Made by a program: the position numbers and the translations under genes | Shown here: in pieces, positions 49,254-57,958 of the stretch | Position numbering within the stretch: the first letter of the stretch is position 1 | How the letters are laid out: every line of letters begins with the position of its first letter | From: a virus | Length of the DNA: 64,000 bases | Virus record (IMG/VR): IMGVR_UViG_3300017757_000001 | Direction: 5' to 3' (one strand) | Notes under the pieces: model-generated | Seen by the model: only the letters and a program-made list of their open reading frames with translations | The model's database searches: none | Told to the model about the DNA's origin: nothing

Positions 49254-51158
49254 TTATTCCTTTATATTTGATTCATCTAATAATGAGTCTTCTTTCCCTT
49301 TTTGTTCAAATACCATTTGTTTTTTAGTAGGTATTGAATCTAATACTTTTTTATTAGTTAAAAAATGAGTATTTCCTTCAAGAGCTAGAGGTGATTTATT
49401 AGTATCATTTACATCTTTTTTCATACCAGATGCTCCTAATCTATCTTTTCCAAAATTATCATCTTGACTATTTCTTTTCGATACTTTTTCTTGTGGTCGT
49501 CCTAATGGATTTTTATCTTTATCTTTATCATAACCAGGAGGTACATTTGATGGATCTGAGTACATTCTTCCTTTACCATAAAGTGAAGCTAAATCATGAG
49601 GAGTACCATATGATTCTCCTGTTTCTACAGGATCATTTCCTTCTGCTTCTAATTGTGCTAATCTAAATTTACGTTTAGCATCTTCTCTAATTAAATCTCT
49701 ATACTCATCAAATTGATCTTCACTTAAATGGAATATATTTTCATAAATCCAATCTGTTGGTAATAACGCTCCATCCTTCATTTGATTAGCTAATTCTACT
49801 TTTTCTTTTAACAATGCTATTTTTTCTTGATCATATATGATTGAAGGAGTTGTTAAATTTAATTCAAAATTTCCTAATTGTTCATCTCTATAACCTTGAG
49901 TATATAAATGAACTAATGCTATTTTATATAGTTCTGAAACTACAATTCTTTGGATACGTTCAATAGTACGTGCAAATCTAATATCTTGGGCTGCTAATGT
50001 AGCTTTACCATCAGTATTTTCATCATACCCCATAAATGCTTTTGGAACTTTTAAAGCAGCAAATAATTTATCTCTTAAATATTCAACATCTTCAATTCCA
50101 TCCCACTGTAAACCATTTAAATTTTCTATCTTAGTAGCATTATCATTTCCTCTTACAGGTATATAAAAATCTTCTAATATATTTTGTAAATTGTATTTAA
50201 GATTATATTCTCCTGTTTGTTCATCCATAAATGGAGTACGCTTTAGTTTACCTAATGTTTTTTCCATAAATGCATCTACTTCATTAGGTGGAATTGATCC
50301 TACATTCATATAAAATATACGTTTTTCAGGAGCACGAACAATTCTATGAATTAACATAGCATCTTCCATTAGAATATATTGTTTAAATAATTTTCTAGCT
50401 GGTTCTATGTAAGATCTACCATAAGGCATAAAATTAATGTCTGTTAATAATCTAAAGTGAGCCATCTCATAATTATCAAATATAATATCACTTCCATTAG
50501 CAAATGCTTGATTAGGTACATTGTAATACCCATAATCGGATGCTGCTATACCATCTGGAGAGTATCTAAATCTAATACTTTGATCAAATTTTGTTGGGTC
50601 TTGATCTTCAGGCATCATTCCCTCTAATCTTTCGATATGAAATGCTGTGTAAGGAATAACATTGTATACTCCAAATTTTTCAGCAATTTCTAATTTTAAG
50701 AAAAAATCACCATATTTACACATATTTCTAACCCAAGGCCAAAGATTAAATTCTACATTTAAAACATCATAAAATAAATTATATAGGATTTTTTGAATAT
50801 CTTCATCTGGTGATTTTATAGAAATAACTTCACCCATATCATTTTTAAGGGTAGATTCATCAGCAACTATATCTAGGGCAGAAGCTATAATAGCATCAGT
50901 ATCCATTGCATCATAATCTGAATATAACTGTGGTCTTAATGTTTGATAATTTATGGCATTCTGTTGACCATATAATGAAGTTGTTGTAGTAGTAAAAATT
51001 CTATTAAATCTATCTATTAAAGAGTTTGTTTCAATATCTCCAGATTGTTGAATTTTATTTACATCAAAAACTTTTAATTGATTACCACCAACATTCTGAA
51101 TAATTACATCAGTTGAAAATAATCTTTTTAATCTTGAAAATAAATTTGTATTTGCCAT
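49254..51158 (-). CDS. gp20: Portal protein (T4 gp20-like)
   Basis: LMEDAMLIHRIVRAPEKRIFY, EDFYIPVRG, IEDVEYLRDKLFAALKVPK, DIRFARTIERIQ. Confidence 0.96.
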   Translation of the reverse strand: MANTNLFSRLKRLFSTDVIIQNVGGNQLKVFDVNKIQQSGDIETNSLIDRFNRIFTTTTTSLYGQQNAINYQTLRPQLYSDYDAMDTDAIIASALDIVADESTLKNDMGEVISIKSPDEDIQKILYNLFYDVLNVEFNLWPWVRNMCKYGDFFLKLEIAEKFGVYNVIPYTAFHIERLEGMMPEDQDPTKFDQSIRFRYSPDGIAASDYGYYNVPNQAFANGSDIIFDNYEMAHFRLLTDINFMPYGRSYIEPARKLFKQYILMEDAMLIHRIVRAPEKRIFYMNVGSIPPNEVDAFMEKTLGKLKRTPFMDEQTGEYNLKYNLQNILEDFYIPVRGNDNATKIENLNGLQWDGIEDVEYLRDKLFAALKVPKAFMGYDENTDGKATLAAQDIRFARTIERIQRIVVSELYKIALVHLYTQGYRDEQLGNFELNLTTPSIIYDQEKIALLKEKVELANQMKDGALLPTDWIYENIFHLSEDQFDEYRDLIREDAKRKFRLAQLEAEGNDPVETGESYGTPHDLASLYGKGRMYSDPSNVPPGYDKDKDKNPLGRPQEKVSKRNSQDDNFGKDRLGASGMKKDVNDTNKSPLALEGNTHFLTNKKVLDSIPTKKQMVFEQKGKEDSLLDESNIKE

Positions 51159-51171
51159 ATTATTTTATTGT

Positions 51172-51180
51172 TATAAATAT
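51172..51180 (-). promoter_or_regulatory. Putative late promoter ATATTTATA
   Basis: Exact motif 14 nt upstream of the portal ATG. Confidence 0.65.
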
Positions 51181-52751
51181 TATAATAACCAGTCTATGTT
51201 CTCTTTTTTCCCATTTACTTCCATATTATATGGGTTTTGAACATTATTGGCACTATATCCACCACTATATTGTACTTTATTACTTTTTACACTACCTAAT
51301 GCCGCCCTAGCCATGTCTAAACTTTGTTGTTGAAATTTTAAAGAAGTATCACGTAGAAACATACCAATTCCAAATGACATAACCAAATCATCATTATAAC
51401 CACTTTGAGCTTCTGGTCTGCCATTTTTCCAAATAAATACTTTCATTTCTTCTATTAAACGCTTTGAACGAATAACTACAGACTTATCACCAACAAATTC
51501 TCTAAATTTATTAATACAAAGAGGTCTTGTTCTCATTGACATAGTAAATCCAGGAACCATTTCAGCATTACCTTCATATACTCTTAAATAAGATTCTGCT
51601 GTTAATTGATCAGATTTGGGGGATTGGTATAAATTTTTATATCCTCTTTCTTGTATAGCATCTAATGTAGCCCATCCAATATTTGCATTTTCTACTACTA
51701 ACATTGCATTATTATATTCTGTAGCTAAACCAGTTAAAAAATAGCCAAATTCTTTTGGGGGTAATTGACCTCTATATTCTGCTACTTGTGTATTAGTTGC
51801 AATATCAATAACATGACATGCTGAATAATCTTTTCCATCACCTCTAGCAACATCAGCTGATATCATATACTCTCTAGAGTAATCAGCTGATTCCCACACC
51901 CATAAATTTTGATCAGCTCCTCTTCTTTCTAGTGGATTTTGTACTGTAGATTGTTCTAAAAACTCAATCCATTCAGAATAAAATACTATATCACCTGATG
52001 TACTAAAATCACAATCACACTCTTGAGATGCTAATCTAGGATCACCTAATAATTCATCTTGTCTATTTCTCCATGTTTGATCTCTTTCTGGATGAACACT
52101 CCAAGGTAATCTTATAGGTAAAAAATCATTTTCATTATTTTCAGCTGATACCCAGGTTTTATGAAACCAATTTCCAGTACCATATGGGGTACTTAAAACA
52201 ATAGCTCCACCTCCAGTTGCTAAAGTTTGTTGTGATGATGCCCAAATTTCTCCAATATTATCAATAAAGGCTGCCTCATCAATTAATAATAAAGATACTG
52301 CTTCTGATCTACCAGCATCGCTACTTGCTGATGTTGCTTTAATTATTGAACCGTTACTTAATCTTAAACTTAATTTGTTATTTTCTTCAGCTGTTATTTT
52401 TAACCATGAAGGTAAATTATCATACATAAATTTTACCTTTGTAACCATATTACGTGCTGTTTCTTGTTTGGTTGCAATACATAATACATTTTTATCTTTA
52501 TGAAATAACATTAACCATAAAGAATAACCTGCTGTTAATGTAGATATACCTAATTGCCTTGATTTTAAGATAATTGAATATGGATTATCTTGCATTAAAT
52601 GCAATACTTTTTCTTGGAAAGGATATAAATTAAATAATATTCTACCTCTTTGAGGATGTTGAATATTACAATACTTTTTCATAAAATGAACTGGGTCTTT
52701 AGCACATTTTAAGTATTCTTGTCTTATTATTTTTTTTAAATCCTGACTCAT
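51180..52751 (-). CDS. gp17: Terminase large subunit (T4 gp17-like)
   Basis: KCAKDPVHF, LYPFQ, KSRQLGIS, LLIDEAAF, STPYG, ADVARGDGKDYS, NDDLVMS. Confidence 0.96.
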   Translation of the reverse strand: MSQDLKKIIRQEYLKCAKDPVHFMKKYCNIQHPQRGRILFNLYPFQEKVLHLMQDNPYSIILKSRQLGISTLTAGYSLWLMLFHKDKNVLCIATKQETARNMVTKVKFMYDNLPSWLKITAEENNKLSLRLSNGSIIKATSASSDAGRSEAVSLLLIDEAAFIDNIGEIWASSQQTLATGGGAIVLSTPYGTGNWFHKTWVSAENNENDFLPIRLPWSVHPERDQTWRNRQDELLGDPRLASQECDCDFSTSGDIVFYSEWIEFLEQSTVQNPLERRGADQNLWVWESADYSREYMISADVARGDGKDYSACHVIDIATNTQVAEYRGQLPPKEFGYFLTGLATEYNNAMLVVENANIGWATLDAIQERGYKNLYQSPKSDQLTAESYLRVYEGNAEMVPGFTMSMRTRPLCINKFREFVGDKSVVIRSKRLIEEMKVFIWKNGRPEAQSGYNDDLVMSFGIGMFLRDTSLKFQQQSLDMARAALGSVKSNKVQYSGGYSANNVQNPYNMEVNGKKENIDWLL

Positions 52752-52752
52752 A

Positions 52753-53133
52753 TTATCTTGGTAAAGAATAATCTATTACATGAATTGTAACTAAAGTACC
52801 TAATACTCCTCCTACAACACCCACCCATGGTTTTTTATACCATTTATCTACAACTTTTAATCTATCATTATATAATTTAATTTGATTATTTAATAATAAT
52901 ACTTCTTGATTTTTAAAACTAAGAATTAAACTATCTTGTTCTGATAGAAGTTTATAATTTTTTAATTGTAATTCTAAATCTTGTATTAAAACTAATTTTA
53001 AAGAATCTTGCTGTTTTAGGGTATCAATAGCTAAAAAAAATTCCTCTAATTCTTCTTGGGGAATTTCTATTATATTTTGGCCATAACAATTAAATGAAAA
53101 AGCCATTAATAAACTAAATAATATACTTTTCAT
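52753..53133 (-). CDS. Envelope protein: signal peptide, coiled coil and C-terminal TM (spanin-like); start probably ATG at 53133
   Basis: MKSILFSLLMAFSFNCYG|Q; KWYKKPWVGVVGGVLGTLVTIHVI. Confidence 0.55.
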   Translation of the reverse strand: MKSILFSLLMAFSFNCYGQNIIEIPQEELEEFFLAIDTLKQQDSLKLVLIQDLELQLKNYKLLSEQDSLILSFKNQEVLLLNNQIKLYNDRLKVVDKWYKKPWVGVVGGVLGTLVTIHVIDYSLPR

Positions 53134-53137
53134 ATTA

Positions 53138-53431
53138 CTATTTTCTATATTTTTTCTCAAAATTATCTACTTTTGCTTTTGCATTTTTAGTAGGTTTAAT
53201 TTTTGCTTTTGTTTTTTTGATTGATGATGAAGTTTTTTTTATTTTTGCTTTTGTTTCTTTTTTCTTTTTTGAAACTTTAGCACTTTTAGATTTAACTTCA
53301 TCTAACTTTTTTTCATTATCTTTAACATTTTTTTTAAATTCTTTTTTACTTTTATCTTGTTTTGAAGATAATACTAAAATCCCAGCAATAAATCCTCCTA
53401 TTGCTAGCAATATTTTCCAAATTTTTCCCAT
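53138..53431 (-). CDS. N-terminal TM plus Lys-rich coiled coil (i-spanin-like)
   Basis: WKILLAIGGFIAGILVLS followed by a highly basic helix. Confidence 0.5.
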   Translation of the reverse strand: MGKIWKILLAIGGFIAGILVLSSKQDKSKKEFKKNVKDNEKKLDEVKSKSAKVSKKKKETKAKIKKTSSSIKKTKAKIKPTKNAKAKVDNFEKKYRK

Positions 53432-53433
53432 GT

Positions 53434-53937
53434 TTATTTTTTAATTTCTAATAAAGATTCGATTTCTTTTTTAATTTTAGTTAAAGTTCTTAATCTATCT
53501 TTTAATTTTTCTTTTTCCTCACCTTCAGCTTTTTTCCATTTTTTTGCTGTTGATTTTAATTCAGAAGAAGTTTGTTGGAGTTTAGTTGCTAATTTAGATA
53601 CAGAATCTCCTTTTAATTGTTTAGCTGTTGGTTCTTCATCTTCGTCTTCTAACATCATATCTTCTGTATCATTATGAATATACTTATCAGTAGTATTATC
53701 AGTTGCTCTAGCTTCAGGGTCATCAATATGATATTCTTCACCACTTTCAGAAGATCCATCTGGGCCTTGTGTTGCAGAATCTTCAGATAAGGCATCTCCT
53801 AAATCATCAGCATGACCTTTAGTAGTTTCTAATTCTTTATTTAGATCCTGTTGAGCTTTAATATCATCAGCATCTGCCTCAGATAAAATATCAATAATTT
53901 GTTCTTTAATGTGGGTTTTTAATTCTGATCTTTTCAT
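53434..53937 (-). CDS. Acidic putative internal-head protein
   Basis: MKRSELKTHIKEQIIDILSE leader similar to the 62219-63082 protein; late motif upstream. Confidence 0.65.
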   Translation of the reverse strand: MKRSELKTHIKEQIIDILSEADADDIKAQQDLNKELETTKGHADDLGDALSEDSATQGPDGSSESGEEYHIDDPEARATDNTTDKYIHNDTEDMMLEDEDEEPTAKQLKGDSVSKLATKLQQTSSELKSTAKKWKKAEGEEKEKLKDRLRTLTKIKKEIESLLEIKK

Positions 53938-53954
53938 TTTATAAATGTTTTATT

Positions 53955-53963
53955 TATAAATAT
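53955..53963 (-). promoter_or_regulatory. Putative late promoter ATATTTATA, within the palindrome tatttataaata at 53951-53962
   Basis: Exact motif 18 nt upstream of ATG at 53937. Confidence 0.65.
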
Positions 53964-54484
53964 TACAGAAGAATTGTTTCTTCAATTTTATTAATTCGTT
54001 CTTTTGTACTTCCTTGAAGTGTAGTAAATTTAACTGAATTATTATCAAGTATATCAATTATTTTTTGGTTGATTTGATCCCTATATTTAGAATCTGTTGT
54101 TCTTACCCCATTATCTTCTATTTTTACACCCACAGGAGAAACATAAAATAAATGATCATAATCATGTACTAAATTTGCTAATGTAGCATTTAAAAAATAT
54201 GATTCAGCAGCCATCATTGACTTAGATAAAGCACTAAATGCCATAACATCTATAACTGTTCTATCTGTAATTATATTGTCTGTAAGTAATTCACTTGCTC
54301 GTTCAGCTGCAAATACTAATTGACCTTTTAATGTTGAATCAGTATTTAAAGGAATACCCATTTCCATTAAATATTTTGAACGTTCTGTTCTAAATGTATA
54401 ATCTTTAAATTTAGGTAGTTCTTTTAATGCTTTTACTAAAGTAGTTTTACCTACTGACATTGTTCCACAAAATCCTATTTTCAT
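53963..54484 (-). CDS. P-loop NMP/nucleoside kinase-like protein (AAA_28 / NadR-kinase type)
   Basis: GFCGTMSVGKTTL, ITDRTVID, YDHLFY, EDNGVR. Confidence 0.8.
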   Translation of the reverse strand: MKIGFCGTMSVGKTTLVKALKELPKFKDYTFRTERSKYLMEMGIPLNTDSTLKGQLVFAAERASELLTDNIITDRTVIDVMAFSALSKSMMAAESYFLNATLANLVHDYDHLFYVSPVGVKIEDNGVRTTDSKYRDQINQKIIDILDNNSVKFTTLQGSTKERINKIEETILL

Positions 54485-54502
54485 AACTTATTATTTTCTA
54501 TT

Positions 54503-54531
54503 AATATACAAAATTTATTCTATAATTCCAA
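54503..54531 (-). promoter_or_regulatory. Host-sigma-type promoter TTTGG-N18-GTATATT
   Basis: Minus strand TTGG-AATTATAGAATAAATTTT-GTATATT. Confidence 0.75.
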
Positions 54532-54537
54532 ATTATA

Positions 54538-54945
54538 TTAAAAAGGTAAATCCTCAGGATCTAATTGTGATGATCCTTTTCCTACCCTATAACTGTCACT
54601 ATCAAAATGTTGTGTTGATACTTCAAATATAGTAGCTCCTTCTTCAAGAGCCAACATTTGGTGAGGTTGTCCTGGCATTAAATGAATGCAATCCCCTTCT
54701 CTAACTATTCGGAAATTTATTTCTGCTGTTTCAGTATCAATCCAACCATATTGAAATTCACCTTTAGAAATATACCATGCTTCATCTTTTAGTAGATGGT
54801 AATGCATAGAGAATTTTTTATCCTTTTTAAATACTAATAACTTACCACAGTATTTTTCGTTATTAATAATCCATAATTCATGCCCCCAAGCTTTTTCATG
54901 AATTTCTCCTTTATAGGGCATTGCTTGTAATGTATGTTCTCTCAT
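54538..54945 (-). CDS. Cupin, sugar-phosphate isomerase-like (type II mannose-6-P isomerase C-domain)
   Basis: KAWGHE, YCGKLL, SMHYHLLKDEAW, PGQPH, EVST. Confidence 0.75.
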   Translation of the reverse strand: MREHTLQAMPYKGEIHEKAWGHELWIINNEKYCGKLLVFKKDKKFSMHYHLLKDEAWYISKGEFQYGWIDTETAEINFRIVREGDCIHLMPGQPHQMLALEEGATIFEVSTQHFDSDSYRVGKGSSQLDPEDLPF

Positions 54946-54946
54946 A

Positions 54947-55219
54947 CTAATTTCTATTTGTAACTCCTTTAGGAGAGGATTGTTTATACCAAGGTAATCC
55001 TTCTCTATTTTTCATAATATCTTGATAAGTTTCTAAATCATACTCAATTCCAGACAAAAAATATCCTTTTTTCCATTTACTATCTCTTCTAGTAGGTTCA
55101 ATAGCAGGTCCATCCCACCTATGATGGATATAATGTTCTGCTCCTTGATGTTTAATAAGATAATGTTTTGCTCCCTCGTTTGTAATTACTCTTTGCTCAT
55201 ATAATTTTTCGTCGCTCAT
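54947..55219 (-). CDS. Hypothetical protein with HRWDGPA motif
   Basis: 90 aa; HRWDGPAIE...YFLSG. Confidence 0.65.
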   Translation of the reverse strand: MSDEKLYEQRVITNEGAKHYLIKHQGAEHYIHHRWDGPAIEPTRRDSKWKKGYFLSGIEYDLETYQDIMKNREGLPWYKQSSPKGVTNRN

Positions 55220-55222
55220 AAT

Positions 55223-56650
55223 TTATATTTTATTTAGTTCTTCTTGTATTTGTTTTTCTAATAGTTCTACATTATTTTCTAAATCTTTTGCTTTTATTAT
55301 TTCACCATTAAGTAATTGCTCAGCTACTAGTGTTCCTTGTGCTCCTGATACTGTAATGCCTCTTGCACTTAAAGCATCACCTACAAAATGTACATTAGGG
55401 TATGTTGTTAAACTTAAATTATTATAATTTACTAATGGTTCAGGTGACAAATATTTTACTTCAGGTACATAAATCCCCCAATCATCTTTAAGTGTTGGAA
55501 ATACTTTTTTCATATCTTCAATAAAATCTTCTATATAATCATAATAACCTTGAAATGCATCTTTAACTTTATCTAATGATTTAATAGACATGGCATCAAC
55601 TTTTATACCTTCACTTGTCATTCCTGCTTCACGAGTAGGTGAATAATATAAACCCGTATGAGTTTTACGAGCATATCTACCTTGACCCTTACTATTATCA
55701 AACCATGTTTCATTCACAGCTTTAACTAATTCTCTTGACCAAGTAAAAGGTTCATCAATGCCTTGAATCTCCATTAAGATACCAAAATTAGTCATATTAT
55801 TTCTATGCTCTTCTCCTTTTTTAGCATGCCCATTGTAGCTAACATCTCCATACGTTTGCTCAACGGCAACATAAGCTGCGTTGTTGTTAGTACAGAATGA
55901 ACGTAATGATACTCCTTTGTCTTCGAATTTGCGATACAATTTAAAATCATAACTTACATCAATTAATTTTTGAAAGTGTTTTTGTGGTGCTTCAAATCTA
56001 ACACCTATTTGTACTGGTTTAGATTCAGTTGGAAGATCATATTCCTCTGCTAATTGTTTACCAAAATCAATACCACTTTTACCTACACCAAATATAAGTT
56101 TATCATACCTACGTTCATATTCTAAATCTTTAATTAATGATTTACCTAATACCCTTTCATTTACAAAATCAATAGCATGTACTTTAGTTTCCCATAAAAA
56201 TTCTACACCACCCTCTACTAAAAAGTCATACCAATTTTTACCTATTTCGTGTAAATAATCAGTACCAACGTGCCATACTGGGAATAATCTTAAACCAAAA
56301 TATGGTTTAATAAAATCTGGTTCTGCTATAGGATTTGAACATTGTACTTCTTCTGGTTTAGGGTGAAAGCGTTTAAAATTATTAATTACTTGATCAAATA
56401 ATTCCATTGCTTTTTCTTCACCTACATATTTACTTAAATGACCTCCAATTGATGTGTGGTATGTTAATTTACCATCAGACCAACCTCCAGCTCCTAAAAA
56501 GCCTGTCATTACTTCTTCATAAGGTCTTAAATATGGATCTTTACCCATATCAATAATGGTAATTTTACCATTAAATCCCTCATCAATTAATTTAGTAGCA
56601 GCATTTACATTTGCTACTCCTGCTCCAACCATTACTACATTTGTACTCAT
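55223..56650 (-). CDS. FAD-dependent oxidoreductase (uncharacterised COG2509-like)
   Basis: VGAGVA Rossmann motif, GFLGAGGWSDGKL, HVGTD, IGVRFE, RSFCTN, NGHA, TNFGIL, VGDALSARGITVS. Confidence 0.85.
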   Translation of the reverse strand: MSTNVVMVGAGVANVNAATKLIDEGFNGKITIIDMGKDPYLRPYEEVMTGFLGAGGWSDGKLTYHTSIGGHLSKYVGEEKAMELFDQVINNFKRFHPKPEEVQCSNPIAEPDFIKPYFGLRLFPVWHVGTDYLHEIGKNWYDFLVEGGVEFLWETKVHAIDFVNERVLGKSLIKDLEYERRYDKLIFGVGKSGIDFGKQLAEEYDLPTESKPVQIGVRFEAPQKHFQKLIDVSYDFKLYRKFEDKGVSLRSFCTNNNAAYVAVEQTYGDVSYNGHAKKGEEHRNNMTNFGILMEIQGIDEPFTWSRELVKAVNETWFDNSKGQGRYARKTHTGLYYSPTREAGMTSEGIKVDAMSIKSLDKVKDAFQGYYDYIEDFIEDMKKVFPTLKDDWGIYVPEVKYLSPEPLVNYNNLSLTTYPNVHFVGDALSARGITVSGAQGTLVAEQLLNGEIIKAKDLENNVELLEKQIQEELNKI

Positions 56651-56674
56651 TTTATCTTAAGTTTTATTGGTTAC

Positions 56675-56703
56675 AATATACGAAAACAAAATGTGACCTC
56701 CAA
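56675..56703 (-). promoter_or_regulatory. Host-sigma-type promoter TTTGG-N18-GTATATTG
   Basis: Minus strand TTGG-AGGTCACATTTTGTTTTC-GTATATTG. Confidence 0.75.
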
Positions 56704-56716
56704 ATTGGAGGCCACA
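56683..56716 (-). terminator. Rho-independent terminator overlapping the downstream promoter
   Basis: TGTGGCCTCCA-ATT-TGGAGGTCACA (one G-U pair) followed by TTTTGTTTT. Confidence 0.75.
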
Positions 56717-56765
56717 GATCTCTATTTATTTTGAAAAAACACCCGGCTATGAATCGAGCTATAAA

Positions 56766-56831
56766 TTAACAATTACAACATGAACAATCACATGATTTTC
56801 CACATTTACATTTTTGACAATTACATTCCAT
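56766..56831 (-). CDS. Metallothionein-like micro-protein (21 aa, 9 Cys)
   Basis: Not in the ORF track. Hand translation MECNCQKCKCGKSCDCSCCNC*, A-rich leader, 18 nt after the upstream stop codon. Confidence 0.75.
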   Translation of the reverse strand: MECNCQKCKCGKSCDCSCCNC

Positions 56832-56849
56832 TTTTATAATTTTTTATTA

Positions 56850-57695
56850 TTATCTACCATGTATCTTCCACCCATTATTACCCCCATTAACTGAACCAGC
56901 TGAAAAGGATGGTAAGGTTGAAACTAATCTAGTTCCTGTATAATCTACAGCCATATTATATACTGATATTCCTCCTCCAACAACTAAATCTATAACTGAT
57001 TTAGAAAATGGTTGACCAGTTGCTGGATTGGGAATGAATACACTTTTACATGGTAAACCTATATCATTAGCTAATTGGTCAAACCCTGCAGGATTTGTAT
57101 TATATACTAAAATATTACCATTATTTGAACCAAAATTTGTTGAACCTAATATTACAATACTCATTAGTTTAAAACCTGCTCCATTATTAACTCTATGCCA
57201 AACAAAATCTTGTTTATCATCAGTCCATTCATGTCCTCCTTCAACCTGAAAATTATAACCATAATAGGGTTGAGAACCTGTATTAACTGTAGCATGAGAG
57301 CCACTATGTATAATTGATGCTGAAACATTGTATTTACCATTAAAATATTTTGTTGATTCACTTACAGCACATGAATCTAAAGAATAAGCTCCAGCCATAG
57401 TGTCATTGTCATTTCTTCCAGCATATTTTAATGGTCCATCTTCAATAGTTGTCGACCCATTTCCAAATCCAAATGAATGACTAGTATTTAAGTAATCTGC
57501 CTCTACTTGTAAAGAACCCGAAAAATAAGTAAGTACACCTCCACTATTTACTTTTGATTCCCACCACGTACTAATAAAATTTTGACCATACCAAGTTGGA
57601 GTATTATTATGAAGAGGAGGTGTCCACCCATTATTAATCTGCCCTACACTATGTAAAAAGCTTGATGATTTTGAAGTTATAGGTGTTGTTGCCAT
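56850..57695 (-). CDS. Hypothetical beta-rich protein, probably virion-associated
   Basis: 281 aa rich in Gly/Ser/Asn with several SGS/SAS/TGS motifs; ATATTTATA at 57752-57760 upstream. Confidence 0.6.
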   Translation of the reverse strand: MATTPITSKSSSFLHSVGQINNGWTPPLHNNTPTWYGQNFISTWWESKVNSGGVLTYFSGSLQVEADYLNTSHSFGFGNGSTTIEDGPLKYAGRNDNDTMAGAYSLDSCAVSESTKYFNGKYNVSASIIHSGSHATVNTGSQPYYGYNFQVEGGHEWTDDKQDFVWHRVNNGAGFKLMSIVILGSTNFGSNNGNILVYNTNPAGFDQLANDIGLPCKSVFIPNPATGQPFSKSVIDLVVGGGISVYNMAVDYTGTRLVSTLPSFSAGSVNGGNNGWKIHGR

Positions 57696-57958
57696 ATTTT
57701 TAATTTTAATTTACCCGTTCCTTTAATGACACGATGCCATTGATGTCTTTTTATAAATATACGTTCGTTTAAGGAAGATGGTAATTTATTATCTAATTGT
57801 AACATCCAATCAGTTTTACCTATTATTTCAATAGATCTATCTTCATCATCACGATGCCAAAGTAATTCAATAGGATCTATATTTTCACTAAATTCTCTTA
57901 TAGTGTATTCTTTTGTAACCTCTAAGTCTTTATAAGGTTTTATTTTGTTTTCCCCCAT
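57677..57958 (-). CDS. Small cupin-like protein
   Basis: LLWHRDDEDR...WMLQLDN...WHRVIKG two-His cupin-type pattern. Confidence 0.6.
   Translation of the reverse strand: MGENKIKPYKDLEVTKEYTIREFSENIDPIELLWHRDDEDRSIEIIGKTDWMLQLDNKLPSSLNERIFIKRHQWHRVIKGTGKLKLKIWQQHL

Noticed and set aside
9058-57361. Short same-strand out-of-frame ORFs nested in genes (9058-9246, 38586-38846, 57164-57361)
   Set aside because: Fully nested, no motifs or expression signals; expected by chance
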